DNA from: Candidatus Latescibacterota bacterium
GTDB taxonomy: Bacteria; Latescibacterota; UBA2968; UBA8231
Direction: 5' to 3'
Assembly (NCBI GenBank): GCA_965197905.1
Contig: CBDAOB010000004.1
Location: 1,312,001-1,376,000, forward strand
Length of the DNA: 64,000 bases
In this document: positions 63,220-64,000 of the stretch, piece after piece
How positions within the stretch are numbered: the stretch's first letter is position 1
Layout: every line of letters starts with the position of its first letter
The notes under the pieces: generated by a model
Told to the model about the DNA's origin: nothing
Database searches by the model: none
The model's input: only the letters and a program-made list of their open reading frames with translations
Position numbers and translations under genes: made by a program

Positions 63220-64000
63220 ATGAATAACGGCGCACGATTCGATCTCCTGTTGAAAGGCGGACACCTCATCGACCCCGCGAACGGCCTCGACGGTCCATCG
63301 GATCTGGCCCTAGCTGACGGCAAGGTGGCGGCGGTGGAGGCCCAGATCCCGGTCGAGCAGGCGGCACGCGTCGTTGATGTTGAAGGGCTGTACGTGACGC
63401 CTGGTCTGGTGGATATCCACACCCATATGTACGCCACCGCGGGTAATCGAGACGCCTGGGCCGGAGATAACAGCATCCTGCCCGACGGCTTCAGTTTTCG
63501 GGTCGGTGTGACGACGATGATGGACACGGGGAGCGCCGGTTGTCGAAACTTCGACGACTTTCGCTTTCGCGTTCTCGATCGCTTCAAGACGCGCATGTTC
63601 GCCCTGGTCAACGTCGTCGGTTCGGGTATGAACACCAATATCGTCGAGCAGAACATCCACGACATGGATCCCGAGCGCACCGCGGCGGTGGCGCGGGAGA
63701 ACGAGGATCTGGTGGTCGGAATAAAGACCGCGCATTACGAAGGGCCAGATTGGACCTCGGTTGATCGCACCGTGGAAGCGGCCGAGCGCGCCGGCATGCC
63801 GTGTATGATCGACTTCGGCCACTTCCGCCGCGAGCGGCCCTACCACGAGCTCCTGTCGAAAAAACTGAGGCCCGGCGACATCAGCACCCACATGTATCGC
63901 GCTTCCGTGCCCTGGCTGGACGAAAACGGCAAGGTGCCGAACTACCTGCACCAGGCTCGCGAGCGCGGTATCCTCTTCGACGTTGGTCATGGCGCTGGTA
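63220..64000 (+). CDS. Amidohydrolase/deacetylase (dihydroorotase-like) metallohydrolase; runs off window
   Basis: Hand translation: LLKGGHLIDPANG...PGLVDIHTH...GVTTMMDTGSAG...VGIK...FDVGHG. Confidence 0.82.
   Translation, partial: MNNGARFDLLLKGGHLIDPANGLDGPSDLALADGKVAAVEAQIPVEQAARVVDVEGLYVTPGLVDIHTHMYATAGNRDAWAGDNSILPDGFSFRVGVTTMMDTGSAGCRNFDDFRFRVLDRFKTRMFALVNVVGSGMNTNIVEQNIHDMDPERTAAVARENEDLVVGIKTAHYEGPDWTSVDRTVEAAERAGMPCMIDFGHFRRERPYHELLSKKLRPGDISTHMYRASVPWLDENGKVPNYLHQARERGILFDVGHGAG

Overview
GC-rich bacterial DNA that behaves like a mosaic of short joined fragments rather than one locus: several genes stop mid-domain and resume as unrelated sequence (~3847, ~4560, ~6440, ~8990, ~19058, ~38715, ~41835), and many carry small indels. 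Gene content (FlgD-Ig/YPNPFNP-tagged secreted proteins, an expanded family of beta-propeller glycosidase-like proteins, DUF6785-like membrane protein, PhyH/TauD dioxygenases) suggests a Latescibacterota-like organism; this is inference only. Main elements: an rRNA promoter, leader and 5' ~100 nt of 16S rRNA; an IS1380 remnant; a short sigma-70; a tmRNA-targeted integrative element junction whose integrase frame runs through the att core; many catabolic enzymes; a surface-glycan cluster (split ArnA/ArnB-like genes, WbqC, radical SAMs, Wzx, GT-C proteins); and a dual-receiver class III cyclase with guanylyl-type residues. The best candidates for new biology are the attP-like integrase read-through, a 96-nt strand-specific hairpin exposing an anti-Shine-Dalgarno loop, and the FlgD-Ig/propeller protein system. 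All family calls come from motif recognition, not database searches.
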